A stretch of 64,000 nt of DNA from the NCBI RefSeq assembly GCF_006345805.1, contig NC_042998.1, positions 110,546,001 through 110,610,000 of the forward strand. Reading direction: 5' to 3'. Below are positions 41,006-53,362 of this stretch, one piece after another; position 1 is the first letter of the stretch, and each line of letters opens with the position of its first letter. The notes under the pieces are model-generated. The model had not been told where the DNA came from and did not search any database. It saw nothing but the letters and a program-made list of their open reading frames with translations. Position numbers and translations under genes: made by a program. The stretch is from Octopus sinensis (Eukaryota).

Positions 41006-42594
41006 CATGGCACTTTATAATGGATCATTGACTTCATATGTTCCACTGATCACCATCCATTCCTATACGGACATAAGCACCAAATCTGAATTCGCTCACT
41101 TGTTCATGAATAATGCAAATAATGTACTCAGATCATCTTTATTTCACTGGAGAATTTCAACAATGAACATAAATAATTTCAAATGTTCAGAGACAACCGT
41201 TATTTATGTAAAATTGCACTTCGTTTCATAAAATCGACGAATCAAATCGTTATAGGTAGGTGGGAAGATATGATACAATGAACATTGTCGATATATAATT
41301 AAATAATTTTCTCATCTGAGAACTTGATTTTATAGATGGGGTTAGGGTATCAAATCTATCCCAGTAGATTTAATATCCTAACCCCGCCTACTTTGTCTTC
41401 CTTCAAATGTTGAATGGCGAAGTTGAACGTGGTAGGATTTGAACCAGAGAACGTTGAGCGGTGTAACTAATTGCTTCGACTTCGATGCATGAACAATGTC
41501 GCCTCTATACCAGCCTCTTATGTTGTTATATTAATGACGTGAAGTATGTCTGACCACGTCCGAACGCGATCAACTCAGTGGCAAAATTATAATGTTACCT
41601 ACGGAAAAAGCTTTTAGTAATTGTTTTTCTTAGGTTCAACGTATAATAAACCGTCTTAATAAATTAGAATTGTCATATGCCGAAATGCAATGCTAGCTGA
41701 GAGAGCACCCAAATTATTTATTCTGAACGTTTTGAGTGGTTTAATATCTGCCTCAAATTACCATAAGTATTTTCGTTTCCCTTCAGTAAAGACGAAAAAT
41801 ATAAAAAAGACGACTAATGAAACAGATTCCCGAAAAGCTTGCCATAGCAACAAATGACATAGCTATAAACATGATTCTTAAACTAAGAAAAAGACTTAGT
41901 ACAACATACGACAAATGATGTATGACAGACATAAGGTAGAACACAAACTGTACTAGATCGAAGAAAATATATTATGCAAGGGAAAGGGCACAAAATATAA
42001 AAGACTTTAAATATATCAAGCAAGTAAAAGGTAATACATTTCAAAGCCTGTGATACAAAACAAGTACTCTTTCGTAGAATAATTCTTATTACTTAGACGA
42101 CAGTACAGTGAATACATTACTTTCTGCAAAGACATTGTGCCGTATACGAAGTGAAATGCCTCCAACGATGAATCTAGACCGCATCGTTGCTTTAGTCCCA
42201 TGTGATATTAACTCTTACTATAATACTCATTTGCTAATAATATTGATTTCTAAGTACAATACCAATGTTTGCTGGCGAGGAAACATAATCGATTATATCG
42301 ATGCTATTACATTCCGTTTACTTATTATGTCTACTACAAAGAGATGAAAATCAAATACGTCCCCCGCGAGTTTTCAATTTAACACATACAGACACAATGT
42401 TTAACAGGGCTTTGCATTTTGTCTCATAGTATCTCCTTTTCTCTCTTTCTTTGATTCTCATTTTTCACTCCCTCTGTCTTGCCTTTATCGCTATTTGCAC
42501 ATTTTACGTCGTAGACTGAGCTGCTTCAACAGTTTAATATGAAGGAAAATTGGAAGTGCGAACTCCATCATTTGCAATATATCTTACTACCAAT

Positions 42595-44163
42595 TTGTGT
42601 CTTGTGTATTTTACTCTAACAAACTCAAGAACAGTGAAGAATTCCGAGTAAAGGTCCACCAACGATCAGTCCTCAGCCCCCTCTTATTTATCATAGTCCT
42701 CCAGTCAATAACAGAAGGATTCAAGACAGGATATATCTGGGAGCTCCTCAATGCTGATGACCTTGCACTAATAGCTGAGTCACTATCAGAACTATAGGAG
42801 AAGTTGCAGGTGTGGAAGCAAGGTCTAGAATCGAAGGGCTTTAGAGTGAATCTAGCAAAATCCAAAGTATTAGTAAATAAGAAGGCAGACAAATGACAAG
42901 TCCCTTCAGATAGATGCCCTCTCCGGTCCGTAGAAAAGGCGTAGGTAGAAACTCCATAAGCTGTACCCCATGTAGGTAATGGACATATAAGAGGTGCAGC
43001 AATATTAAAGGAATGTTAACTGCAAAGTTAGTTTTTGTGTGTGGCACAGCGGCAATGAAGACTGAAAATGTGCAGAAAACAGCTTACCAGAGGGAGAAAC
43101 TAAAAGTAGTTGATAGCTTCTGTTACCTAGGTGACCAAGTCAGTAGCGGGTATAAATGATCTAAGAGCGTAGCTGCAAGCATAAGAATAGCCTGGGCAAA
43201 GTTCAGAGAGCTCCTACCTCTGCAGGTAACAAAGGGCCTCTCGCTCAGAGTGAAAGAGTAGACTGTATGACGCATGTGTGCAAACAGCCATGCTACACGA
43301 CAGTGAAACATGGGCCGTGACTGCTGAGGACATGCATAAGATTGCAAGGAATGAAGCTAGTATGCTTCGCTGGATGTGTAATGTCAGTGTGCATACACGA
43401 CAGAATGTAAGCGTCCAGAGAGAAAAGTTGGACGTAAGAAGCATCATATGTGGTGTGCAAGAGAGACGACTGCACTGGTATGGTCATGTATTACGTAAAG
43501 ATGAGGACAGCTGTGTGAAAAAGTGTCACACCCTAACAGTGGAGGGAACCTGTGGAAGAGGTGCACCCAGGAAGACCTGGGATGAGGTGGTGAAACACGA
43601 CCTTCGAACGTTGGGCGTCTAGGAGGCAATGACAGGAGACCGAGACCTTTTGAGATATGCTGTGCTTGAGAAGATCCGGCAAGCCAAGTGAGACGGTAGT
43701 CGTGGCCTACGCCAGTGTCGCATAACCTGCGCATTTAAGAGTACCCTTCAATCATTGGACAGTATGCTGTGATTAGGAAGATTTGTTTAGTCAAGTGAAA
43801 TCATTGTCATGGCCGATGCCATTACAGTTTGACTGGCACTCGTGCGTTGGCACGTAAAAGGCATCATATGAACATAGTCAATGCCAGTGCCGCTTGACTG
43901 GCTTCCATCCTGGTGGCACGTAAAAAGCACCATTCGAGCGTGGTCGATACTAGTGCTGCCTGACTGGTCCTCGTGCCGGCGGCACGTAAAAAGCACCCAC
44001 TATACTGTCGGAGTGGTTGGCGTTAGGGAGTGCATCCAGCTGTAAAAACCTTGCCAGATCAGACTGGAGCCTTGTGTAGCCTTCTGGCTTGCCAGTCCTC
44101 AGTCTAACCGTCCAACCCATGCCAGCATGGAAGACGGATGTTAAAAAGTAATGATGTTGATGA
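42595..44163 (+). mobile_element. 5'-truncated RTE-clade LINE with 3'UTR and (GAT)n-like tail
   Basis: SEEFRVKVHQRSVLSPLLFIIVLQ..WELLNADDLALIAES; ..SMLRWMC..VQERRLHWYGHVLR..GRGAPRKTWDEVV; ends aatgatgttgatga. Confidence 0.92.
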
Positions 44164-44165
44164 CG

Positions 44166-44314
44166 TGAGAAATGAGTAAGTGACAATTTATTCCAGTACA
44201 TCAGTTACACATCACTTTTCAGACACTTTGTGATTCAAATTTGTAACTACAAAGTGTCTGAAAAGTGATGTGTGACTGATGTACTGGAATAAATTGTCAT
44301 TTACTCATTTCTCA
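44166..44314. repeat. Near-perfect hairpin (66-bp arms, 17-nt loop)
   Basis: Arms 44166-44231 and 44249-44314 are reverse-complementary with two transitions. Confidence 0.92.
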
Positions 44315-45406
44315 TAGCTAAACATTCTTTTAGTTCTTCGTATTTTTAAAGAAAGAGATGGCAAATTTTGTTATATATTTGTATGATACATTAAACAGAA
44401 TCTAATAATGTTTCTGCATTATAAACATATAATGATTTAATATGCAAAAACTTAGATATTTTCTCATACTCTCATCCAGTTCATAATCCCCAGCATAATA
44501 TATAACATCATGTTCAATGCTTCAAAAATAAGTGATCGAAACAACATTTTTAAGCATGGCTTATGGAACAAATTAAGGAATTGGGTGTTTTAACACATCT
44601 TATTTTAAAGATAATTAAATAAGGACTTTTCAACCTCCACACGAACAAAACAGACGTGCAGCGGTGAAAATCTACTCACAAAGAAAAAGCCTCCAGCAGT
44701 ATCAAAAGCACCAACATCATAACCATTATGCTTTCATCGCTATTAACTAACTGAATTTTCTTCAAATATTTCTGAATTCAACCTGACTCATTAAAATGGT
44801 AGCAATAATTTCAACTGTATTAGTTGAATATTAGAAGAATATGATAATGATATTAAAGGACAGCAAATGGCTTTGCAAACGAAAATTGACATGGAAACTA
44901 ATTAGCATGCTTTTCCTTAACATAAGGAAATCAGTAATTCAGTTTAATAGATTAGAACAACTTTGTGATCTGAGTAAATAAATGCTTAATACATTGTAGT
45001 AACTAATGGTTGACATTACCAATTTTATTTTAGATAATAAATCCTTCTCTGTAATACAATCTAGATGAAATCAGATAAATTGTTTTTATAAGGTATATAT
45101 GATGTTAGTAATTTTTGAATTAACAATTATGTCTGTAATTACCGTTTCACAAAAAAATTCTATCCCTATATTCCTTAATAATTAATTTTTGATTAACTCT
45201 GTATAGTCTCTGTATGTTTTACAACATCCTGACATCAAATTTATATGAAATGACTTCTTATGACATCAAGTGATATTTTCACAATTCTAATATTCAGTAT
45301 ATAATTTCGGATTAAAACAAATAAAGGGTAAAAGCATATTCAGATGATTAGGGTAGCAAATACAGTAAAAATAAGTCGGAGATCTTTCTGTAAAATACTA
45401 ATTTTA

Positions 45407-45680
45407 ATTCTGTTGTGTCCAGGGAGAGTCATTATTTTTTTGTGCCTTATTATTTAACACACTCACTGGTAAAATTTCCACTTATTTCTTATTTTTATTT
45501 TCCTAATATTTTCGTTGAGTGTTGCAATCTTTTCAATAGTTTTTAGAGTCAAAACTATTGAAAAGGTTGCAACGAAACTTTCAGGAAAATAAAAATAAGA
45601 AATAAGTGGAAATTTTACCGGTGAGTGTGTTAAATAATAAGGCATAAAAAGAAAATGACTCTCCCCAGACATAACAGAAT
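45407..45680. mobile_element. Palindromic MITE; right half of the same family at ~61262-61420
   Basis: attctgttgtgtccagggagagtcatt...aatgactctccccagacataacagaat; arms complementary almost to the centre. Confidence 0.85.
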
Positions 45681-48368
45681 ATGCTTCAACACACGAACTC
45701 AATCTTGCAAACCAAATCCCAAAACGAAACTAATTTTAATGACATTTCTAAATATGAAACCATAATAGGAATGTATGACTGACACTCTTGCCTGTAAATC
45801 ATCACTGAGTGTAATAATTATTTTATCATTCTCACGTTTGTTATCTTAACTCAAAGAGAATAATAGACATCTAAGATTAAATCTCCACTAAAGACGGAAT
45901 TTGTTTGAAATTAACCAATACTTTCTAAATCAGGGAATTGATATAAAAATAATGAATTTCACATTTTTTTCTATGAATTAGAAAATAATTAATTTTTATG
46001 AAGTAATTTATTCCAGACATCCAAAATTAAATCAATAAGTCTATTTCTATAGAGTCAAATCTATGACTCAGATTTTTCCAGGGTTATAGCACTTCTGTTC
46101 TATTAGGTTTTGGAAAAGCATAGAATTAAAAATGTTCTTTCATTCTAATTGAATAAACAAGGACACTCATTAATAATTTCGTGCCGAAATTATGGTCTTC
46201 GATAGAGGAAAACAGAAATTCTTTCGAAAACGTCTAAGGTTATGTGTGTGTAGTGTATGGAATTTGATATCTTAAATAATCCAAGTACTAATGTACAACT
46301 TACAAAATATTATACATTTCAAGGATGAAATACATATTTTTCATCATTTATCCGTTTAGCTAGGTAACTGCGGTCATGATGGGGCACCACTTTAAAGGGC
46401 GTAGTCGAATAAATCAACACCAGTACCTATTTTTCTAAGTCTCGTTCTTATTCTATCGATGTCTTTCGCCGAACCGCTACATTATGCTCACGTACAGAAA
46501 CCAGAAGCGATTGTAAAGCGGTGGCAGGAGACACACATAAACGAAAGATAAACACATACATACACACATAATCACACACACACAAACACACACATGCACA
46601 AACACACACGCACACACACACACAAACACACACACATACACACACACACACACCACACACACACACACACACAAATACATACTGTTGTGACGAGAGACAC
46701 GATGCCCCCTTGCGAGAAATAGACTGGACCGAGTGATTATAAATAGTAGCATTTGGAGTGAAGTTTGTGTGTTAGTTCGATCTGAATTCGTAGTGAAGTC
46801 GGAAGGTGTCGGTTGGTTGGTTCGTTTGGATTATTGATTGTTGGTTCGTGAAATGATTGTTGGATCGTTACGTTGTTATTACGCCAGCATCGTTACCTTA
46901 TTTACAGTTATTACAGTGGTACAGTGTATCTAAACCAACGGTCACAATGCCGTGGCAATACCACGACATCTGGAGACGGAGGATACAATATCTAGTGACG
47001 AGGGTTTCGAAGCTCACGTAAGTTATTTAACAATTTGTTCCTGATACAATTTGTTAAATTATGGAAGACCTATTAACTTCTATAATACAGTTGCAAAAGT
47101 AACAGCAACAGGAGTTGGAGAAGCAGCTAGTTCAGCAACAACTAAAACAACAACAATTATTGGAGCTATACGCTAAATCCGAAAATGCAGTAACTTCGTT
47201 TTCGCCAGACGGAATTCAGTTATAACCCAGAGGAGGGTATAACTTTTGCCGCGTACTACAGGAGGTACGAGGGGATTTTAAAGGAAGATTGCAAAACATG
47301 GTCGGACGAAGAATAGGTAAGGTTATTATTTCGAAAGTTAGCTCCATCTGTGTGACATCAGAGGTTTTGCGCTAGCTGCCAAACCACAACCGGTGAAATA
47401 CCAATCGTGGCCTGAGATGGATAGTCCGTGATCCATGGTTCATATCGACTACGCTAGACCGGTAAACAGCAAATGCTATATACTTGTTGTTAGAAGCATT
47501 CAAGTGCAATAAACCAACGGCAAAGAGAAAAATAATGTTACGGCATGAATTATTTTCTCGATATGGTGTTCTAGACACGTTGGTATCAGATAATGTAACA
47601 CAATTTACGGGTCGTGGATTCAAGAATTTCTGCAAAATACACGCGATAAAGCATATGTTTACCCCACCCTGTCACCTGTCAAACGGGCAAGTAGAAACAT
47701 TTGTTTATATTTTCGAGCGAGCGTTAAAAATAGAGCAAGGAATGACGTAGGAAATGATGAAGTGCTAATTAAATTCTTGAGGCTAGAGTAACGCCCAATC
47801 TAAATACCATTTCAGGAAAGTCTTCGGCAGAGTTAGCGCTCGCACGAAAATTAATATCGATCTTCAATTAAAAGTATATTTAAAGGAAATACAGAAAAGG
47901 CAACAAAACATTTCAAAGTAAGGGCTAAAGTTCATTTTGAAATTTATAATAATAAAGAAGACTGAGAGGATGGTTTTTTAACTAAAAGATTAGGAAACGT
48001 GATGCATATGATTAAAGGACAAAGTTGGAAACATAAGAGACACGTAAACCATTTAGAGGCGAGACATTCTGAAAAACGAAAGGAAGTGGAAGACTGCTAT
48101 AACATACTTAAGGTGCCAGCACCTAAAACCTTTGAGCCTCGTAGAAGCAGCAATAGAAAAAGGAAACAGATTGTACACTTAGAAATAATGCCAAAACGAA
48201 AAATATATTAAATTTTCTAAAAAAAAAATGCGACCGAGAGGGAGAAGTGCTGGAAAGGTAAAATATAAAATAAATTTCATTTCTTACGTAAGTCTAAATC
48301 TGAAAAGTTGAGATATTGTGTTGAGAGTCACGACGCCCCCTTGCGAGAAATAGACTGGACCGAGCGAT

Positions 48369-48376
48369 TATAAATA
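48369..48376 (+). promoter_or_regulatory. TATA box of the Gypsy LTR (equivalent at 46738-46745)
   Basis: TATAAATA at the same position in both LTRs, ~30 bp upstream of an Inr-like (T/G)AGT. Confidence 0.6.
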
Positions 48377-48407
48377 GTAACGGTTGGAGTGAATTTTGAG
48401 TGTTAGT

Positions 48408-50011
48408 CCTCGGTTTTTGGTGTTTTTTGGTGTTTTTGAAGTTGAGTTGTTGAAGTCGAGTTATATTTGTGAGTGGAGCGTGGATTTATTGTTGATTATT
48501 GCTGTTGTTAATATCGTTGTTAATATCGTTAAAATTTTTGTGTTGTAAATTTTCCCATTGAGGAATATGGAGAAGGCGCCAGAGGGCGGCCACAGCTATG
48601 CAGACGCAACTGGAAGAGAAGCAGAGAAAGAAGCATTAGAGACCTTTGAAATAAAGGTCGAGCCCAGGAAGATGAATAATGGATTATTCTGCCATCCTAT
48701 TGCGGCAAACGTGTGGCGAGAGTTTGGGTGGGTCAGGTACCCCCTGAGCTGGAGGAGGCGTGGCTAATGACGGCCATTATGTACAACATGGAAGAAGAGG
48801 CCAGGATATTGAAGGCAACCAGGACAAACAAGCTGGACTACTGGGCCTACGGGTTGGAGCTAACAATTCAGGCAACAGTGGAAGACTTGAACAAAATAGC
48901 AGAGGATATAGTGTTACCTGATGGTTTTACACTAAGAATGAAGGTGGAGGGAAGACCGCCTGTGTGTTTCAAATGCGGCGAAAAAGGACACATGAAGGTG
49001 AGATGCCCACGGAAAGAACAGAGAGAGACTGAAGAAAATGTCGAACAGGCAGTGGCAGCTGAGAATAAGGAGAAAGCAGATGAAGAAGAATTCACGCTGG
49101 TGGAAAGAAAAAGAAGGAGCGGTAGGGTAACCCCGCCGCCGACTAACCAAAAAAAAAGAAGAAGAAAGTAGATGTGGAAAAGAAAGAGGTAAAGAGAAAG
49201 AAAGACGATAAAAGTGAGACGGAAAAGGAAAGTGAACAAATAATTAAGGTGTGTGACAATGGGTCAGAGAAGGAGGGAGCAAGTATGAAGATGACAGGTG
49301 AACTGACGGAAGACTTAAGAACTCAACTGCAAGAAGATGAGATGGAGAAGCTGTGTACAGTGGAGACGGAGAAAGAGAAGGTACCAGACTCAGAGAAGAG
49401 TATAGAGGAACTTTTGATAGGAAAGGTAGTAAAGGAAGAACGGAGAAGACCGATAGGAAGTAAGAAAAAATGGAATTTTGTGACCTATTCTAACAACAAG
49501 GAGGTGGAGAAAAAAGTCGTAAAGTTCAAGCACATCATAAGGGTAAAGCTGCCCAATGACGTGTACCCAGAGAGTGTGAAGGCCATTGTGGTCGATAGGG
49601 AAACCTATAAGAAACTTAGAGATATGTGCGGGGATAGAATTGACTCAGCCGGAGCGTTGGTGAAGTTCAATGAGCCGCCACCGTTAATCGATCTGTTGGA
49701 GCTGGAACCGTATATGAGGCGCTAAAAGGTAAAATAGCGGAAAAAAAAGAAAGGAAAAAGTATTTGAAGCAAAAAAAAAACGATAGTTAAGGAAAGAAAA
49801 AAGATCAACAGATAGAGTGACTAGACAGTGTATACAAACGTTCAAATGGTACTACTGTGTGAGGAGTGGGGCCCATGCAGCCATTTCATTTTTCATCATT
49901 ATATAATATTCATACTCATTCGTTTTATGTTTATTGTCCCCACTGTGGTGTTGTGTCTGTCCTTGTAGTGTCCCCTCTGTGTTAGTGGCCTGAGTACCAA
50001 AATAAAGAATC
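48408..50011 (+). mobile_element. ORF1-only non-LTR retroposon, unit A, flanked by the 9-bp TSD AGTGTTAGT (48399-48407, 50012-50020)
   Basis: LTR sequence resumes after the second TSD; the uninterrupted 5' LTR has a single TGTGTTAGT at 46768-46776. Confidence 0.88.
48713..49725 (+). pseudogene. L1/Tx1-like ORF1 protein remnant (CCHC knuckle CFKCGEKGHMKVRC, charged linker, conserved C-terminal domain); split over ORFs 48713-49171 and 49174-49725
   Basis: ORF track plus homology to the minus-strand units at 15.7-18.8 kb. Confidence 0.8.
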
Positions 50012-50682
50012 AGTGTTAGTACGAGTTAAGTTCGCAGTGGATTCAGAAGGTGTCGGTTGGTTGGTTGGTTTGGAATATTGATTAGTGTCTCATGACAATC
50101 GTTACGTTGTTATTACGTCTACATCGTCATCTTGTCTACTATTACTACACTGGTACAGTGTATCTAAACCAACGGTCACAATGTTGTGGTGATACAGCGA
50201 CATCTGGAGACGGAGAAAACAGCATATTCATACATATATACATACGTACATACATACATACATACATACATACATACATACATACATACAAAATCAGATT
50301 CTTCCAGATCTTGTTTTCGTCTACCAAATCCACTCAGAAGACTTTGGTCTACTTGAAGCTACAGTAGAAGATATTTACCCCCAAGGTGACATAAAATCAA
50401 AATAAAATGAAAACCATTAAAAATAATAGTTGGCTATGTTAACATTCTCTTAAAATATCATCTTTGAAATAGAAGAATACATGAGATCATGAAGTTATGG
50501 AAATTGCAACATGGGATGAACAGAGCAAAATCTAAACGACCATGATTCACTGGGTGAAATAAATGACAAATATGTAATTAACGCAAACACTCACACCCTA
50601 ACATCGCACTATATCTTGTGGGTTTGTGCGGGCGTGTGTGCATGTGTGTGTGTATGTGTGTGTGTGTGTGCGTGAGTGCATG

Positions 50683-50713
<31 letters not shown>

Positions 50714-51383
50714 GTGTGTGTGCGTGAGTGCGTGTATGTACATAGAAATAGACGCGCTCAGTGAGCGACAAATTCGTTGTTAAGGTTGCGGCTCTTCCTA
50801 GAAATCACGCTGAGGCCTTGTGTATTCCCATAGGTTCAAGGCGATCCAAAAATGTAATGTAAAGAGCACATCAGTGAGAGATAAAAGAGATAGGCACAGA
50901 CACAATGTTTCTTTAAATCATCTGTTACACGTGTACTGTATTCTTTAATTAGTTAATGATATTACACTATATATGCAATTCATACATGCAACTTATAATA
51001 GGAGTACACACAATCGTATCGCGCACGTCTGCGGAGAGGAAATAGTATGGATCATAGACATGTAACCATCTTATTTAAATACCCATGAAGGACAAAGCCA
51101 GTGGAAGTGGGATAAATGGAAGGAGACGGGATGAGTTTTAGCCGTCCATAACAAAAATTGTATAATAGAGAAAATAGCAATGCCAGGTCATTGGCGAAAC
51201 GTGGAAACATAGGTTAGGTTGTTTGAAAAAACGTAATCATCAAAATGAAACGTAATTTTACAAACAAAAGACTATCCCAAGAATACAGCAGAGACGTGGC
51301 TGAAGTATCTCGAGACCAACTATGAAATATGTAAGAAATAGTTGTAATGAGCTGACAATTATCCACCGTGTGTGTGTGTATAA

Positions 51384-51423
<40 letters not shown>

Positions 51424-52550
51424 CGGAATTCACGAGATTCTTTATTGATCATTACATATGTATGTATATATATATATATATATGCACCCTTAATATACAC
51501 TTATACACAAACATATTAGCACACATACGAGCAAACTCATGCAGACATACGGCTATATAGATACGGTCATATATTTATGCGTATAGCCGAACTGAGTCTA
51601 CTCTGTCTTACACATGCTTTCATCCATACAGACATGCACAAATACACACACTTCCGCGCATAAACATACAGGCAAAAACACACGCCTATACACAAAAAAT
51701 ATACATATGAAAGCTATGAAATATATCAATAACTGAAAAAATTTGAAAATAGAAAATGAAAAAAACATTTTAATAGGTATTTTAAATTACAAAAATTAAC
51801 TAAAAATTTTAATGAAATTACAACATAAAATTTTAAAATAATGTTAACTGAAAGTTTAAAAGAACATGAAAAAATATTAATTTCGAAGAAGTGTTTTAAA
51901 AAGAATTGGGAAAATATATGATAAATATGTATGGGACAAAATAAAGTATAAAATGATATATTTTAAAGTAAAATATTATGTAATACGATAGATTAAGACA
52001 TATAAGTCTTACATGCAATAATGTGATGTATAATATAAAAAGTAATAAAGCATAATGCAATAGAAGATATAAAATGGTATGAAACAATTTATTGTGCCAT
52101 GCTACATGAAATTGTGGAGTATATCTATATGGATATATAGTTATGTATATCCATATATAACTATACATACATAAATATATACACTAACATTCACATAGAT
52201 CTATATATCCTTACATACATGCACACATGTACACATAAAGAAGGGCCTAGTAAAGTTTATTAAAAATTTGAATGAAATTGAGGATGTGTGCAGTTTTGTT
52301 TGAGGAAATATATATACATAAGTGAATAATATTTCACCTATCTCGAAATCTGTGCTTCGGAAATGTAGAAAATATCTAAGATAAAGTACATGTCTGAAGA
52401 GCCAAGACCGGATCTCTTCACAAAGGTGGGTCCTATTATCTGCATGCACTGCGAGAATATCAGTTGCTAGCTTCTCTGTACCGAGTTTGATATATTTGGG
52501 TGCGCTTGTTACTCCAACTTAAAAAGGTGCTTCAATTTAAGTACCTAATT

Positions 52551-52612
52551 CAGCTATATGCATACGTACATATATTTTATATATAATTTTCATAAATATG
52601 TGTGTATGTGTG

Positions 52613-52663
<51 letters not shown>

Positions 52664-53362
52664 TATATCAATGTACATAATAACACTTCCAAACAGTTAG
52701 CAACAGAAGCCATGAGAGCCACTGCCTAGTACTGCATCAAGGCAACAATAATAATTATTATTATTATCATGATCATGATAATATCTAGTTATATCTATTT
52801 ATCACCCTACGAGACACATGTGCAACGTCGGGTGCTCTTGAACCAGTTCAGTATCCCACTCGTGATGGATCGATGCTAGATGTATCGAAACAATTGTCGT
52901 GATTAATAAAAATTCTCGTATATTCCTTCTTCCGTCTTTCATATACCATATTGCATAACAAACATTGTGAAAGTACCAGTAATTTACCAGTAAGCTACCA
53001 CATATAAACCACTCGTTTTATCATATGTGTGTGTACATAGATAGACAGAGGTAGATATATATGTATGTATATAGACATGTACATACACATTCATATTTAT
53101 ATATGCATACATGCACTCATATGCACATACCCACACATTCACGGACACACATGCACATACACACAACCATATTACATTAAGTCATCTTCACATATTGTCT
53201 GCCTATCATTTGTTAACTTCATCAATATAGTTATCTTCTTACCTGTCTCTCTTGTGTCTATCTACCTCTTTGACAAACAGAACATATGCTACCAGAACAG
53301 CTATATGCATACGTACATATATTTTATATATAATTTTCATAAATATGTGTGTATGTGTGGTG

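Larger units (their letters stand above)
46683..50221 (+). mobile_element. Ty3/Gypsy LTR retrotransposon copy 2 (5' LTR 46683-46987, PBS-like 46993-47005, gag start fused to integrase, 3' LTR 48248-50221 interrupted by a 1.6-kb insertion)
   Basis: Matching LTRs; polypurine tract gagagggagaag before TG at 48248; integrase LFSRYGVLDTLVSDNVTQFT..FTPPCHLSNGQVE; internal 5' region colinear with copy 1. Confidence 0.88.

Noticed and set aside
43810-44000. CRISPR-like repeat array
   Set aside because: Degenerate tandem units inside a eukaryotic LINE 3'UTR, with no unique spacers or cas genes.
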